A model generated the notes under the pieces. That model saw only the letters and a program-made list of their open reading frames with translations. It was not told the DNA's origin and made no database searches. From the human T2T-CHM13v2.0 reference genome, Homo sapiens, in assembly GCF_009914755.1 (NCBI RefSeq), contig NC_060936.1: a stretch of DNA of 64,000 nucleotides. The stretch is one strand, 5' to 3'. Shown here piece by piece: positions 1-13,137 of the stretch (position 1 is its first letter; each line of letters starts with the position of its first letter). The translations under genes and the position numbers were made by a program.

Positions 1-391
1 TAGAATTTTAATAATAAAATGGCATAAACCAGAAATATATTTTGCCACATGTATATACATACAAAATGTTGTATATATTAAGCTATGTAAAAGTTTTAAA
101 AACATTCTACTAATTAATACATACTTAATCACTTTGAGCCATATATATATCTTTGGCTTTAAATGGCCACCACTACGACCACCAACAAACACCTTCTTGC
201 AACATATCTTCTTTTCTGCACATCTTTGCCTGGATAAATCCTACTCACCATTTAAGTCTGAGCTTTTCTCTTACCTCCTATAGGACCTGAAACTTGAAGG
301 TTCTTGGTACTCTTGTAGCACAATGTACTGCCAACTCAATAGTATTGTTGTATACTACATATATTTTTGTAGTAAAATGATGATATTATTG

Positions 392-660
392 TTTTTTATT
401 TTTAAATTTTTTTATTTCAATCGTTTCTGAGGTACAGGTGGTTTTTGATTACATAGAGAAGTTGTTTAGTGGTGATTTCTGAGATTTTAGTGCACCCATT
501 ACCCGAGCAGTGTACACTGTACCTAATATGCAGTCTTTTATCTCTCATTCCCCTCTCAACATTACCCACCCACAAGTCCTCAAAGTCTATTATATAATTC
601 TTATGCCTTTCCATCCTCACAGTTTACTCCCACTTATAAGTGAGAACATACGATATTTTT
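392..660 (-). mobile_element. L1 3' end fragment (L1PB/L1MA-like), interrupting an L2 relic (~200-815)
   Basis: T-rich tail followed by antisense L1 3'UTR motifs (TTTAGTGGTGATTTCTGAGATTTTAGTGCACCC; CTCCCACTTATAAGTGAGAACATA). An L2-like 3' end (CCTGGCACAT...AATAAATATATGCTGAA) follows at ~765-815. Confidence 0.85.
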
Positions 661-2009
661 CTATAGTACATTTTAATTTCCTATTTATATTAGATAATAA
701 TTTATAGGATGTGAGCAAATATATCTTCTTATATTTTAACATATTCATCCTATCTTTTATAGCACCTGGCACATTATTGTAAGTACTTAATAAATATATG
801 CTGAACGAAAAAATAAATTTTCTGAAAATTCTGGCTCATCCATCCTCTCTTTTTTGTTCCTGAGTCATAATATTCCTTTTTTTCATAATGTATTCTGTAT
901 CTTCGTCCTTTGACTATCTAGAGCGTAATGGTATTTTCCTATATTTTCAAATAAAAAGTTTCTAATTGAATAATTAAAGTATTTAAATTGTTCATTAAAA
1001 TATGAAATAAAATAATTTTGTATTTAAATTACAGCTTTTCTCAATTTTCTGAGCATTACTGGCATGCATATTAATCTTCGGGTTCATAGTGTAAAATTTT
1101 ATGAATCATTAAAGATGTGCACATGTGTGTAAAGAGATAAAGGAAAATAAAATAATATTACTCAATATGTTAGTACTGATCATTTCATGTTGTTTTCTGA
1201 ATGACAAAGGTAGATAAATCAAAATACAAAAACATGAATATTTCTGATGTAATATAGTTCAAGGTGACCCTAATTTCATGAGTTACAGAATATATTTGGA
1301 TGGTGCTTCTATATTGCTCACTGTATACATTTTCCTAATTCTTGATTGCAAAAGCAGATGGATAATGTTAAGACTTTATTTTATGGGAAATTAGACATTA
1401 TAAACATAGCTCTAAAATATGTTTTATTTATTTAGAAATGTTCTCATTTAACATGTGACCAGAAGGCAAAATTATTTTGCTGATATTTCAAACTACTTAC
1501 TACTCTAAACATATAAAGTGATGTAAGTGGCAACGCCAGATGTGACTAATTATCACAAAAGCACTTCCTTAATCTAGGATCTGGAAAAGTCTATAGCTAA
1601 ACAGTTCTTATATTTGATATCTGAACCTCGATTTACACTGGAAGCTGTTACGAAGCAAAAAATAACACAACTCTAAAAATAATTGGCTCCAAAATCTGAA
1701 GGTAGAAAGATCCCGGTTATGGAAATAAAGATTAAGATCAATGTATTTGTAATTTAATATTGGTTGAAATTTAAATTGGAACTGGGATGCTGAAATATTA
1801 ATAATAGCTAATTAAAATTTCAGAGAAAATGATATATCTGTTTACAGAATTATTTGAACAGACATTGTGTAGAGATTACAATCCATCAAAAAAATAAAGA
1901 AGAGGTCTAAATGCTACCATAAAATTTAAATTAAATCAATAGTCATTCTGGGCTCAGTCATCATTGAGACTTTTTCTTATAAAATAAATCTAAAAATAGT
2001 AGCAATTCC

Positions 2010-2605
2010 TATGTGCCAAGACTTGGTCTTTGGGCTTTATCTATTGCTCCACACAGTATCTGTTGGTTCTTCATGCCATTCTCTCCCTCCTGTATTGTCT
2101 CTGCACTACAGGATTAGAAAACTTCATTTCCCAGATGCCCTTGACAGCTGGGTTACTAATCTTGTCTGAGATTAAAAGGGGGGAAAATATGGGAAAGAGA
2201 TGATGATGATACTTCTGGCTCTGGCATTGGTGGGTAAACCCAGGCTCCAGTAGCATATGCTGTGGTTTCAGCCTATGCATCAAGAAGAATGCAGATTTTG
2301 GGTTCCTATGAGCTCCCTGGTCACTTTTCAGATAATAATAATGGCAATTATAACAGTAGCTGTTCCAGCAGCTGTGCTCCAGTGGCATCATGGGACAATG
2401 TGGCCCTTTCCTCATTCTCAAGGGTAGCAGCAGCTTCCTGCAGTTACTATAAATGTCTCTGGGTAAGGCCCCTATTGTTTTTCCAACCCTTTCAAAACAT
2501 TTAAATTCAATTCCTTATATTGATTTCTAGTTCATTTTTGATACATGGAATAGTTTCTATTTTATTAATAGTTTATTGTAGTTTCTATTAACTGGACATA
2601 TAATA
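2010..2605 (+). mobile_element. Old ERVL-class solo LTR (LTR33/LTR16-like)
   Basis: CATTTCCCAGATGCCCTTGACAGCTGG motif and LTR-like 3' end. GC is higher than in the flanks. Boundaries approximate. Confidence 0.5.
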
Positions 2606-2614
2606 ATAAATATA

Positions 2615-2770
2615 TTGACTCATTTAATCTCTACACACTATGTTCTAAGATAGTTATTTTATTCTCTTCATTAAAAAGATGAGAAAAGAGAAGCACAGAG
2701 TGATTGAATAACTTTCCAGAGATTAGCCATCTGTTTCTAGCATTTAGGCTTTTAACTGCTATACTATGCT
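2615..2770 (-). mobile_element. MIR fragment
   Basis: CATTTAATCTC...AGATGAGAAAAGAGAAGCACAGAG...AATAACTTTCC resembles the MIR core. Confidence 0.65.
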
Positions 2771-3012
2771 GGTTAAACCAAATACCCTTATTCTATTACG
2801 AGGAGGTTTATTTCCACAAGATTGTTTGCTGGTAACCTTGAGATTGTGCATGTATATTACAGGAAACTACATTTGCCAAGAATTGGAGAAAATTAAGTTT
2901 GCATTCTACAGCTGTGAACTATGCACGTACTAGACAGCTGAAATTGCTATATTACCTTAAATAATCAATCTTCTTTGACCTCACAATTCTATTTTTCTTT
3001 GTTTTAGCAGCT

Positions 3013-3367
3013 TTAATTTTATTTATTTATTTGTTTTGTCAATAGTTTAGAGGTACAATGGTTTTTAGTTACATGGATGAATTGTACAGTGATAAAGTCT
3101 GGGTTTTAGGGTACCCTATATACCCTGATAGTACACATTTTACCCAACAGGTAATTCTTTATCCCTCACCAGCCCCCTCACACTCCTCCCTTCTAAATCT
3201 CCAATGTCCATTTTATCACTCTGTGTATACATCGTTTAGTTCCCACTTACTTATAAGTGAGGACATTCAGCATTTGGTTTTCTGTTCCTGAGTTACATCT
3301 CTTAAGGTAATGGTCTCCAGTTGCATCTAAGTTGCTGCAAAATACATTATTTTCTTCTTTTTTTATG
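3013..3367 (-). mobile_element. L1MA-like 3' end fragment
   Basis: T-rich tail, GGTTTTTAGTTACATGGATGAATTGTACAGTG and CTTATAAGTGAGGACATTCAGCATTTGGTTTTCTG match the antisense L1 3'UTR. Confidence 0.85.
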
Positions 3368-4189
3368 CCTATTTTCCATTATTGCTTAAAAGTGAAAAGA
3401 AATTTAAGTGTTCAAGAAAATGCAAGAAATAATTGCACTTATATCAGAAATTGCTTAGTGATTTTGTCATTTAAATGGCAATAAATTGATAACACACAGA
3501 AATATAACTAAACAGAAAACAGAATGTACTTGTGCACATTAACTCATATTTCATGTGAGAATTAACTATGTGAGATATTGTAAAGAAACCTCTGAAATAC
3601 TTGTAAGAGTAAGTAAATGAGCATGCTTTATCTAAGCAAGTACTACTTTAATGCAAACAAAGAAGTATGCTTTGTTAGTATTTTGTTATTTAAATAATAG
3701 ACTCTATCATAAATGAAAGTCAGATCTATCTGTGAGAAATAATTTTAAAACTGTTTATATGATACGCAGAAATCACTTGTTGAAAGAATGTGATGAATAC
3801 TGAAAAGCGTAACTCTAAGAAGCATAGTGATAGAAATTTAATGTGGGGAATAATAACATCTCTAAAATAATATGAGAGACAATTATGAATGAGCTATATT
3901 TTTTCAATCTCAGTAGCCATTTCTTCATTTATCCATCTACATAGTTACTAAAACCCTATCATATGCCTATTAGTTATTAAAAGCCTTCTAAGTATCAATG
4001 ACCTCAAACCCACATTCTTCAAGGTTTGATTTTCCCTATTATGTACTGAGAATTCATAGGAGGAGGAGTTTTATGTGTCACTTGAGTTCTCTGCTTAGCA
4101 AAGGTCCCACAAAATGTCTGTGTCTCTCTGATTCCATTGTGAGCCATTTCTTCCTTGGCTGCCTTTCACAGTCTAAAACCCCTGGGCAT

Positions 4190-5760
4190 GATCTTCTTTG
4201 GGTTATTTCTGAACTCCAAATTCTATTCCATTTGTCTCTCTATATATATCCTTCTGTTGGTATCACTCTCTTTTCATTACTGTCCCTTAGTGCAGTAGTT
4301 TCAAAATCAGGAAGTATGAGTGTCCAAATTTGTTCTTTTTCAAGATTGTTTTGGCTGGTTGGGGGCCCTTAAAATTTCATATGAATTCGAGCATCAAATT
4401 TTCTTCTTTTATAAAATATACCTGTTGGAATTTTAATAGAGACTTCACCGAATTTGTAAGTTTGCTTTGGGTAGTACTGACATCTTAACAATACTGATTC
4501 TTTCTACCCACGATCACAGAATGGCTCTACATTTATTTAGGTCTTTAAAAATTTATTTCATATTTGTTGTATAGTTTTCAGTAAACAAGTTTCTGACCTC
4601 CTTAGTTTAATTTATACCTAGATATATTTTCTTCTAAATTATATTATAAATGGAATAACTTATTAAATTTCCTGTTTGGGTTGCTCATTCCAGCCACCCA
4701 AACTGATAACACAACTGATTTTTGTGTGTTGATCTTTGAAACTGTAATGAATCCATTCATTATTTCAAGTAGCTGTCCTGTGAAATCTTTGGGATTTTGC
4801 TATATAAGATCATGCTATCTTTTACTAGAGATAATTTTAATTCTTCCTTTCTAACTTGGATGCTCATTTCTTTTTCTTTATTTTTATTGTCTAATTGCTC
4901 ATGCTAGAATGTCCAATACTATGTTGAATAGCAGCAGAGAAAGTAGGCATCCTTATCTTATTCTTAGTTTTTGGAGAAAGCCTTATCTTCCATCAAGTAT
5001 TATGTTAGCTGTGGGTTTTTCCTAAATGCCCTTTATTATGTTAAGTAAGTCCTGTTCTATTCCTGTTTTTCTGAGTATTTTTTATCATAAAAAGGGTTTG
5101 GATTTTGTCAAATATCTGTCTGCATCAATTGAAATAATCTTTTTATTTCATTTTGTTAATTAATTTTCTGAGGTTGACCCACTTGTGCATTCCTGAAATA
5201 AACTCCACTTGGTCATGATGTATAATCCTTTTAATATGCTGTTAGATTCAGTCTGCTAGCATTTTGCAGAGAATCTTTGCATCTATATTTCTAAGGGATA
5301 TGTGTCTGTAATGTTCTCTTTTGTGATGTCTTTATCTAGCTTTAGCATCAGGATCATGCTGGATTCATAGAATGAGTTAGTAAGTATTCCCCCTTCTATT
5401 TTTTAGTCGTTTGAGAAAAATTGGCATTAATTCTTATTTAAATGTATAATGGAATTCACCAGTGAATCTCTCTGGTCTTGGATTTTTCTTTGTTGAGCAG
5501 TTTTTGAATACTGATTTAATTTCTTTATTATTACAGATCTGTTGAGGTTTGCTATTTCCTCTTGAGCAAGTTTGGGTAATTGGTGTGTTTCTAAGAATTT
5601 GTCCCTTTCAACAGGTTATCTAATTTGTTGGTGTACAATTGTTTGCAATATTTTGCTGTAGTCATTTTAATTTTTATAAAGTCTGTAAGATCTCTACTTT
5701 TATATTTTTTATTTTAGTTGTATTCTATTTTTTATTATTAGTCTAGTTAAGTTTGTCAGT
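4190..5760 (-). mobile_element. Old L1M ORF2 (RT region) relic
   Basis: Antisense ORF2 motifs, e.g. CAATACTATGTTGAATAGCAGCAGAGAAAGTAGGCATCCTTATCTT and TGAAATAAACTCCACTTGGTCATGATG. No open frame. Confidence 0.85.
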
Positions 5761-5774
5761 TCTAGTTTGCAACA

Positions 5775-6200
5775 CATATGCTCCTTGACTTGAAATGGGA
5801 TTTGGTTCTGATAAAACTATCGTAAGTTGAAAATATTATAAGTTGAAAATGGATTTAATATACCTAATCTAATGAGCATGGTAGCATAGCCTAACCCACC
5901 TTAAACATGCTCAGAACACTTACATTAGCCTACGATTGAGCAAAAATCATCTGGCAACACAGTGTACTGTAGAGTATCAGTTGTCAGGAGTCACCACTTG
6001 TGACAGTGTGGTTGCCTGGGAGCTGCAGCTCACTGCCACAGCCTAGCAACATGGGTGAGTGTCATACATCATATTGCTAGCTCTGGAACAGATCAAAATT
6101 CAAAACTCAAAGTACGGTTTCTACTGAATGCGTATCACTTTTGCACCACCATAAAGTTGAAAAATCATATGACAAACCATTGCAAGTTGGAGGCCATCTG
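5775..6200 (+). mobile_element. TcMar-Tigger non-autonomous element (MER47/Tigger5 family)
   Basis: Degenerate terminal inverted repeats CATATGCTCCTTGACTT...AAGTTGGAGGCCATCTG followed by TA. Internal AAGTACGGTTTCTACTGAATGCGTATC. Confidence 0.8.
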
Positions 6201-6459
6201 TATGTGTTATTTCTAAATGCCTCAATTACATCAAATAACCTAGTTCTTGGGCCATGGTTTGAACTTGAGAGAAACATGTGTAACAGGAAAAAACAGGAAA
6301 CTCAATTAGTCTTAGACTGCCTTCACTAACGTAAGCTTCTTTGACATCAATTTTCAAATGGTCTTTCTGTTGGTAAAGTGAGAAAAAAGTGAATGAGAAA
6401 AAGGAAATGAGAAAGGAATATTCCCAAGGAATTTTAGCAAAGAATACATGTGGGAAATG

Positions 6460-7140
6460 AGTTCTCTTGAGTCTGTTTGTTTCATATATTTCTTAAAAAA
6501 TGAATATATAATGCTGCTGTAAACTTTCTTGTTCATGTTTTTTGATGGGCAATACACTCATCTCTATTGGGTACATACCTAGGAATGCAAGTACTGGATC
6601 ACAGAGTTTGCATATATTCAAATTTGATACTTCCAAGGTGGTTCTTCAGGAGCTTGCAGAAAAAATATGTCCCCAATAGAAGTATATGATTCCCAGCTGC
6701 TTCAGATGCTGTCAACACTTATATATGGCATGTTCAGCTTTATCTTTAAAACTGTGTCTATTCTAGTGTGTGAGAAGTGGTATCTCATTATGTTTTATCT
6801 TTTATTTCCTTGAGGACTGATGATATTGAGCACCTTTTCAAATGTTGATTGTTCATATGTATGTTATCTTTTTTGAAATGCCTATACAAGTCTTTTGTCT
6901 TTTATAGCTTAGCTTTTCTCTTATTGATTTATAGAAGTCTTTATTCTTGATATAAGTTTTGTCACATGTATGTATTGCAAATGTTTTTCTCCTACTTTGT
7001 AATTTGTCTTTTCACTTGGTTAATGGTATCTTTTGATAAACTCCCATTGGTCTCTTCTAATTCAATAAAGTATAATTTATCAAATTTTTCCTAGTGTTAA
7101 TGTTTTCCTTAATGTTTTTCATGTCCTATTTAAGAATTGT
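6460..7140 (-). mobile_element. Ancient L1 (L1ME/MD-like) ORF2 3' relic
   Basis: GGGTACATACCTAGGAATG, GAAGTGGTATCTCATTATG and GATATTGAGCACCTTTTCA motifs. Confidence 0.75.
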
Positions 7141-7270
7141 GTTCAAATTGGGCAGAAACTAACTTGAGAATCCTGAAAGAAAATTAGCATCGAGGATGAG
7201 ATAGCCTTTATTTTAGTAAATATTTCTTATATTTATATTATTTATCTTTCTATTATTTTTATAATGCTTT

Positions 7271-7476
7271 AAGAGCACGGTGCCATAGAACTTTCTGAGA
7301 TGATAGATATGTTCCACATATTCACTATCCAATATGGTGGTCATAAGCCACATGTGGCCATGAGACTTTGAAATACAGTAATGCAATTGAAGAAATGTAT
7401 TTTAAATTTTACTTGATTTAAATTTAAATATAAATAACTACGTGTGTCTAATGGCTACCATATTGCACATACAGCT
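7271..7476. mobile_element. MER3-like hAT-Charlie element
   Basis: CCATAGAACTTTCTGAGATGATAGATATG...CCAATATGG...AGCCACATGTGGC...TGGCTACCATATTG, about 205 bp. Confidence 0.75.
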
Positions 7477-7514
7477 TTAGAAACTTTTGACTGTCTTTTC
7501 CAGTTGACTCCTAT

Positions 7515-7665
7515 TTCACCTTGTGAACCTGATTGCCATTTAATTTTATCACCAATTTAAGAATAAGGAAACAGAGGCACATAGAGGATAAGTAACTTGT
7601 CCACCATTGCAGTACTGTTAATGAGTAGAGTCTGGAATCAAATCCAGGTCTATCTGATTCTGGTC
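7515..7665 (-). mobile_element. MIR fragment
   Basis: GGAAACAGAGGCACATAGAGGATAAGTAACTTGTCCA...GGAATCAAATCCAGGTCTATCTGATTC. Confidence 0.75.
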
Positions 7666-7684
7666 TTGTTTTAAAAACCATGAG

Positions 7685-8233
<549 letters not shown>

Positions 8234-8339
8234 CACCTTCAGGACCTATATATACAAAATAAAACCACCATTAATTTTGAGAAGAGAAGAGATACTTGTC
8301 TGAAGACACAGAAAACTACTTAAATTAAAAAAAAAAGTT

Positions 8340-9340
8340 GAAATAAAGCTCAAAACCTAAGCCATCTCTTCCCTATGAAGCCTTCGCAATGATACCAGCT
8401 CAGATTGGTTTTTGTGGTTACAATTCCCTTTGTACTTATTCTTTAAAACATCTAATTAGTGTCTTATTGTAAATTGTATTTTCCAATGCTCTGAATGACA
8501 GAAATTGATAGAGTTAGAAGTAACTTATAATAGTAGCATTGTTCTCCTGTTTATGTTTTCATACATGTGTTTATTATATTCCCAATGTGATTAGAAACTG
8601 TAAACTTCTGTGCTCAGTTTCAAGTCACTAATAACTGGTCATTTTCCTTTGGAAATATGGAATGGCTCAAAATTGAATCTACTTAGGCCCTTCCACCAAT
8701 CAGAACTATTTTTCTATCTTCTCTCCTTTTGTAATTCTTATCTTAGTGAACACTATCCACGTAGTTTCCCATATCAGAAACCTCATAACTTTGTCTCACC
8801 CACCTTCTGGTCCACCTGTTTTTAAAACATCTCTTGTGTCTTTCTCATCTCTCTCTAGCCTCACTGCCATATTATTAGATGAGGACTTCCATCTCTTTTT
8901 TCTGTTATATTGTGAGATTATTCTAACCTGTTTATTTTATGCTAGTCTTGCATTCTTCCAATTATTTTTCATCATGCTCAGAAGCTAGCACTCTAAAATT
9001 CAAATAATAACATGCATTCAACAAAAGGTTTCCAATATGTATATTACATACCCACTATGTTCTAGACACCATGCTGCCTATAGAAAATACAGCCATAAGC
9101 ACAAAAGTTAAATTCTTCTCCATTAGCTACTAGTCAAAGTCCAAACTTATAATTGCACTTTGTAATCTGCCTAATTCTCCTATAAAATCAAGCACCAACT
9201 CCTATCTCTTCCCCCAAGGAATATTTCTCCCCATATATTCTATTCCCACCAGAAGTTTTTCTACTTCATTATGGGTTTTTGTGCCTTTGGAATTTGATGT
9301 GTACTTTATACTGTCAATAATGCCTTTACTTACTGACCTC
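8340..9340. mobile_element. Degenerate L2 fragments
   Basis: Pyrimidine-rich L2-like segments. An antisense L2 3' end (CATTCAACAAA...CCCACTATGTTCTAGACACCATGCT) lies at ~9010-9110. Confidence 0.45.
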
Positions 9341-9631
9341 CAAAAATTACATACAGCTCTATAACAACCAATTATATTTCAAAATGTGTGAACTTAAATA
9401 TTCAAAATTTGTGAACTTAATGTTATTACTTTTGAAAATCTCAGAGACAGAAAACTACTTCCATGCTAACTGGGTGGAGAGCAAAATTTTGATATGAGTA
9501 ATTCAGAGAAGTTTATTAGTTTGAAATGTTATTTCCTTTCCTTATTAAACAATAATAAATCACTAACATTCAGTAGTCTCTTGTTTTCCATTAATTTTGT
9601 AGAAAACTACAGTTTTTACATTATGTGATTC

Positions 9632-9839
9632 TTTTTTTTAAATACTTTAAGTTCTGGGATACATATGCAGAACATGGAGGTGTGCCACATAGGTATACAC
9701 GTGTCATGGTGATTTGCTGCATCCATCAACCCGTCATCTACATGAGGTATTTCTCCTAATGCTATCCCTCTCCTAGCCCCCCACCACCCGACAGGCCCCA
9801 GTGTGTGATGTTCTCCTCCCTGTGTCCATGTGTTCTCAC
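9632..9839 (-). mobile_element. L1PA7/8-like 3'UTR fragment
   Basis: ATACTTTAAGTTCTGGGATACAT...CCTAATGCTATCCCTC...GACAGGCCCCAGTGTGTGATG. Confidence 0.9.
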
Positions 9840-10280
9840 TTTTTTTTTAACTTTTAGGTTCAGGGCTACATGTGCAGGTTTGCTATATAGATAAATTGCA
9901 TGTCATGTGAGTTTGGCATACAGATTATTTCATCACCCAGGTGATAATCATAGCAGCTGGTATGTAGTTTTTTGATCCTCACCCTCTTCCTACCCTCCTC
10001 CCTCAAGCAGGCCCTGGTGTCTGTTGTTCCCTTCTTTGTGTCCGTGTGCTCTAGTTGTTCCGCTACCATTTATAAGGTAGAACGTGCAGTATTTGGCTTT
10101 CTTTTCCTGTGTTAGTTTGCTTAGGAAGATGGCCTCCAGGTCCATCCATATTGCTGCAGAGAATATGGTCTCGTTCTTTTTATGGCTATTTTTCGTGGTG
10201 TACATGTACCAGATTTTCTTTATCCTGTCTACCATTGATGAGTGTTTAGGTTGATTCCATGTCTTTACTATTGTGAATTG
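9840..10280 (-). mobile_element. L1PA15/16-like 3' fragment
   Basis: TTTTAGGTTCAGGG...GATTATTTCATCACCCAGGT...CCCTCAAGCAGGCCCTGGTGTC. ORF 9990-10292 resembles the ORF2p C-terminus. Confidence 0.85.
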
Positions 10281-12786
10281 AGGAGAATTCACATCACCAC
10301 ATGGAATTGTTTACTAATAATTTTTCATATTCTGGCAAACTACAAAATACCAAAAAGTCACAAAATAAACTTGAGTGTTGTTGACATGTTTGGGTTTTCA
10401 CTCTCAAGGGTGACTTGCACATATTTTTAGGTGTCCAATTTTAAGTGATACCCTAAATGTTTTATTGGAAAGAGGACTTAAAATGAGAATAATTGTCATG
10501 TATACAACAGGAACATGCCTAGCAAAAATTAAGCAGAAAAAATTAGCAAAAACCTAATGTTCTGTTTCATTTTAGAGCTTTTATTGATTGAAGGAAAATA
10601 AAAAGGAAGAAAACACAAAGAAATGACATGGTTGTCTTAGTTAACAACTACCATCTTACATGATTATCTGTCTTTCCTGTCTGCTGCTACATTTAATAAC
10701 TTGAAGGCAATTAAGAAAGAAGGGACACAAAGTATATAATATTATGTCCAAAGCAAATGACTTACTTTAGCTTTTTTTATTTTTACTATGTCTAAATGAT
10801 TAACTTCATTAAACATACTAATTTATAGACTTTGAAATTAATGATATACTACTATGTTTGCTTTAAAATTAATTTTCCAATTTTAAATAAGCACTTGAAA
10901 ATATCATTAATCCTCCTGTATTTATTATTAACAAGGTTTATTGCTTATTTCCATTGTACCACATATTTAGCTAATTTCTAATATAAATATGAAAAGCATG
11001 ATTCTGATTACCCTTAAAGAAATTGAAGTCTAGTAATGAAGAAACACAAAAATTAACAATTACAATAAATTATGATATCCTGTGAAATACATTAATTGTA
11101 GACTATTAATAATTACAGTATACAAAGTATCTCTTTATGTGTTCCAAACCGTACTAGTATTGTTTCATTCATTATTATTGAGAATCTTATGCATTACTTT
11201 TTATTTCTAATGCCCAGAGTAAAATTTTCAATGTGGCAGAGCCAGTATAAACTGCCAGTCCTATTTGATTTCAGAGCCTGTGTGTTTTATATGTACAGAC
11301 AAGAGGCATCTAACCTAATCAACAAAGTCATTCAGCTATGCCTTGAAAAAACATCGGATAAATACTTGTATAAGAGAAGGTAAGGTACATGATGCACTGG
11401 AGAACTATTATTATTTTATTAAGCCTCTAAAATGAGAAATGTCACAGAAATGGGATCTAGAGAAAGTGGGACAGTAACTATAAATGACCTCATATGCCAT
11501 TGTTCACTATTACAGTGTCCTGTATTATGTATTTTATGTTTGAATTCACACAAATCTCATTATTTAAACTGTAATTCCTGAGCTTTACTATATTTAAATG
11601 TGTAATATAAATCTTCTCAAAACACATTATACTGTACCAACTTACACAGGAAACTTTTAGCACATACTTTTCTTGATGATTGTAATTAAGTTTGTCGATG
11701 TTCACATTGCCAACAGTAAGCTACTGACTAACCATTCTCTTTTACTTGCTGGATATTAAATAATTAAATCAAACATAAAATGTTTTGTCTTTTATTGAAA
11801 ATGCAATGTGTTCATAATTCTTCTTTAAGAAAGTAGAGCCATTCTATTTTGATTTAAATAATTTCTTGATTATTTTTATTGGTAAATATGTAACTTGTTT
11901 ATTTTAAAAATAAAACCTATATAGGTATTTCTAAATTTTATAGGATTATTTTTCAGACCAATGTTTTGTGAACCTGCTTAATATATTATAAACTTTAAAC
12001 AGGAGACACTGTTAAGAGTTTCAAACTGTTTAAACTCCATTTGTATTGTTAATAGTATTTCATTTATACTGTTATTTTTTTTCCATTAGTATAGTTAATA
12101 TTTTTCTGTAAATATCCAGCAGTTATTTAGTTTAGGTCTCATGAGTTTTGCCAATTTTATAAGTAACTGAGTCTCCAGTAACAGCAGAGGGAGCTCACAG
12201 TGTATGATTTAGATTATTGCTAAGTATTTGCTTCTGTGGTTCAATGTCAGGCTCTTAAAACTAAAAGTTTTATTTTTTCAAAGGAATTTGCATAAATAGG
12301 CAATGGCAGATACAATTTATGTACTATGCTTTATAGCAATAAAATATAGAGCAAAATAAATTTGATAACTTCATTACATATGCATTCATTAAATTCAAAC
12401 TAATGAAAATTAAACTTGAATCACTTCCAAGTGATACAATTATCCTAGATTTCTATGTCTCACTGAAATCTATCTCCTGAGCTCCAGACTTTGATATCTA
12501 TTCAGTATCTTTCTTCAGATGTGTAATAAACATCTCACTCAGTCCAAAAGTAATCTTCCCTTTCTGTCAACCTGTCTCTCACAGTCTTCCCCATCTCTGC
12601 TGAGGATAACATCATCCTCTAATTGCACAAACCACAGCCTTGGATTCACCTTGACCTACCTCTTTCTCTAAAATCTTAGGTCTCACCCATTGTAAAATTA
12701 TTTTTGCTATTCTTTCAAAATATTTTAGAATGCAATTACTTTTCAATAGCTATATGAATATAGATGCTACCATCTATCATCACTTC

Positions 12787-13084
<298 letters not shown>

Positions 13085-13137
13085 CCATCATCATTTCCTA
13101 CTTGAATTGCTACAAGAGCCTCTTAAAGACTATTCTG

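Noticed and set aside
2071-2504. Overlapping 116-aa and 80-aa ORFs
   Set aside because: They lie within an old LTR relic and show no recognisable protein similarity.
9374-9420. ~23-bp tandem duplication (TTCAAAATGTGTGAACTTAA x2)
   Set aside because: Ordinary two-copy slippage with no spacers, not CRISPR-like.
11311-11321. Perfect DUX4 consensus TAACCTAATCA
   Set aside because: A rough estimate gives about one TAAYYYAATCA match by chance in 64 kb of AT-rich DNA, and this site is isolated.
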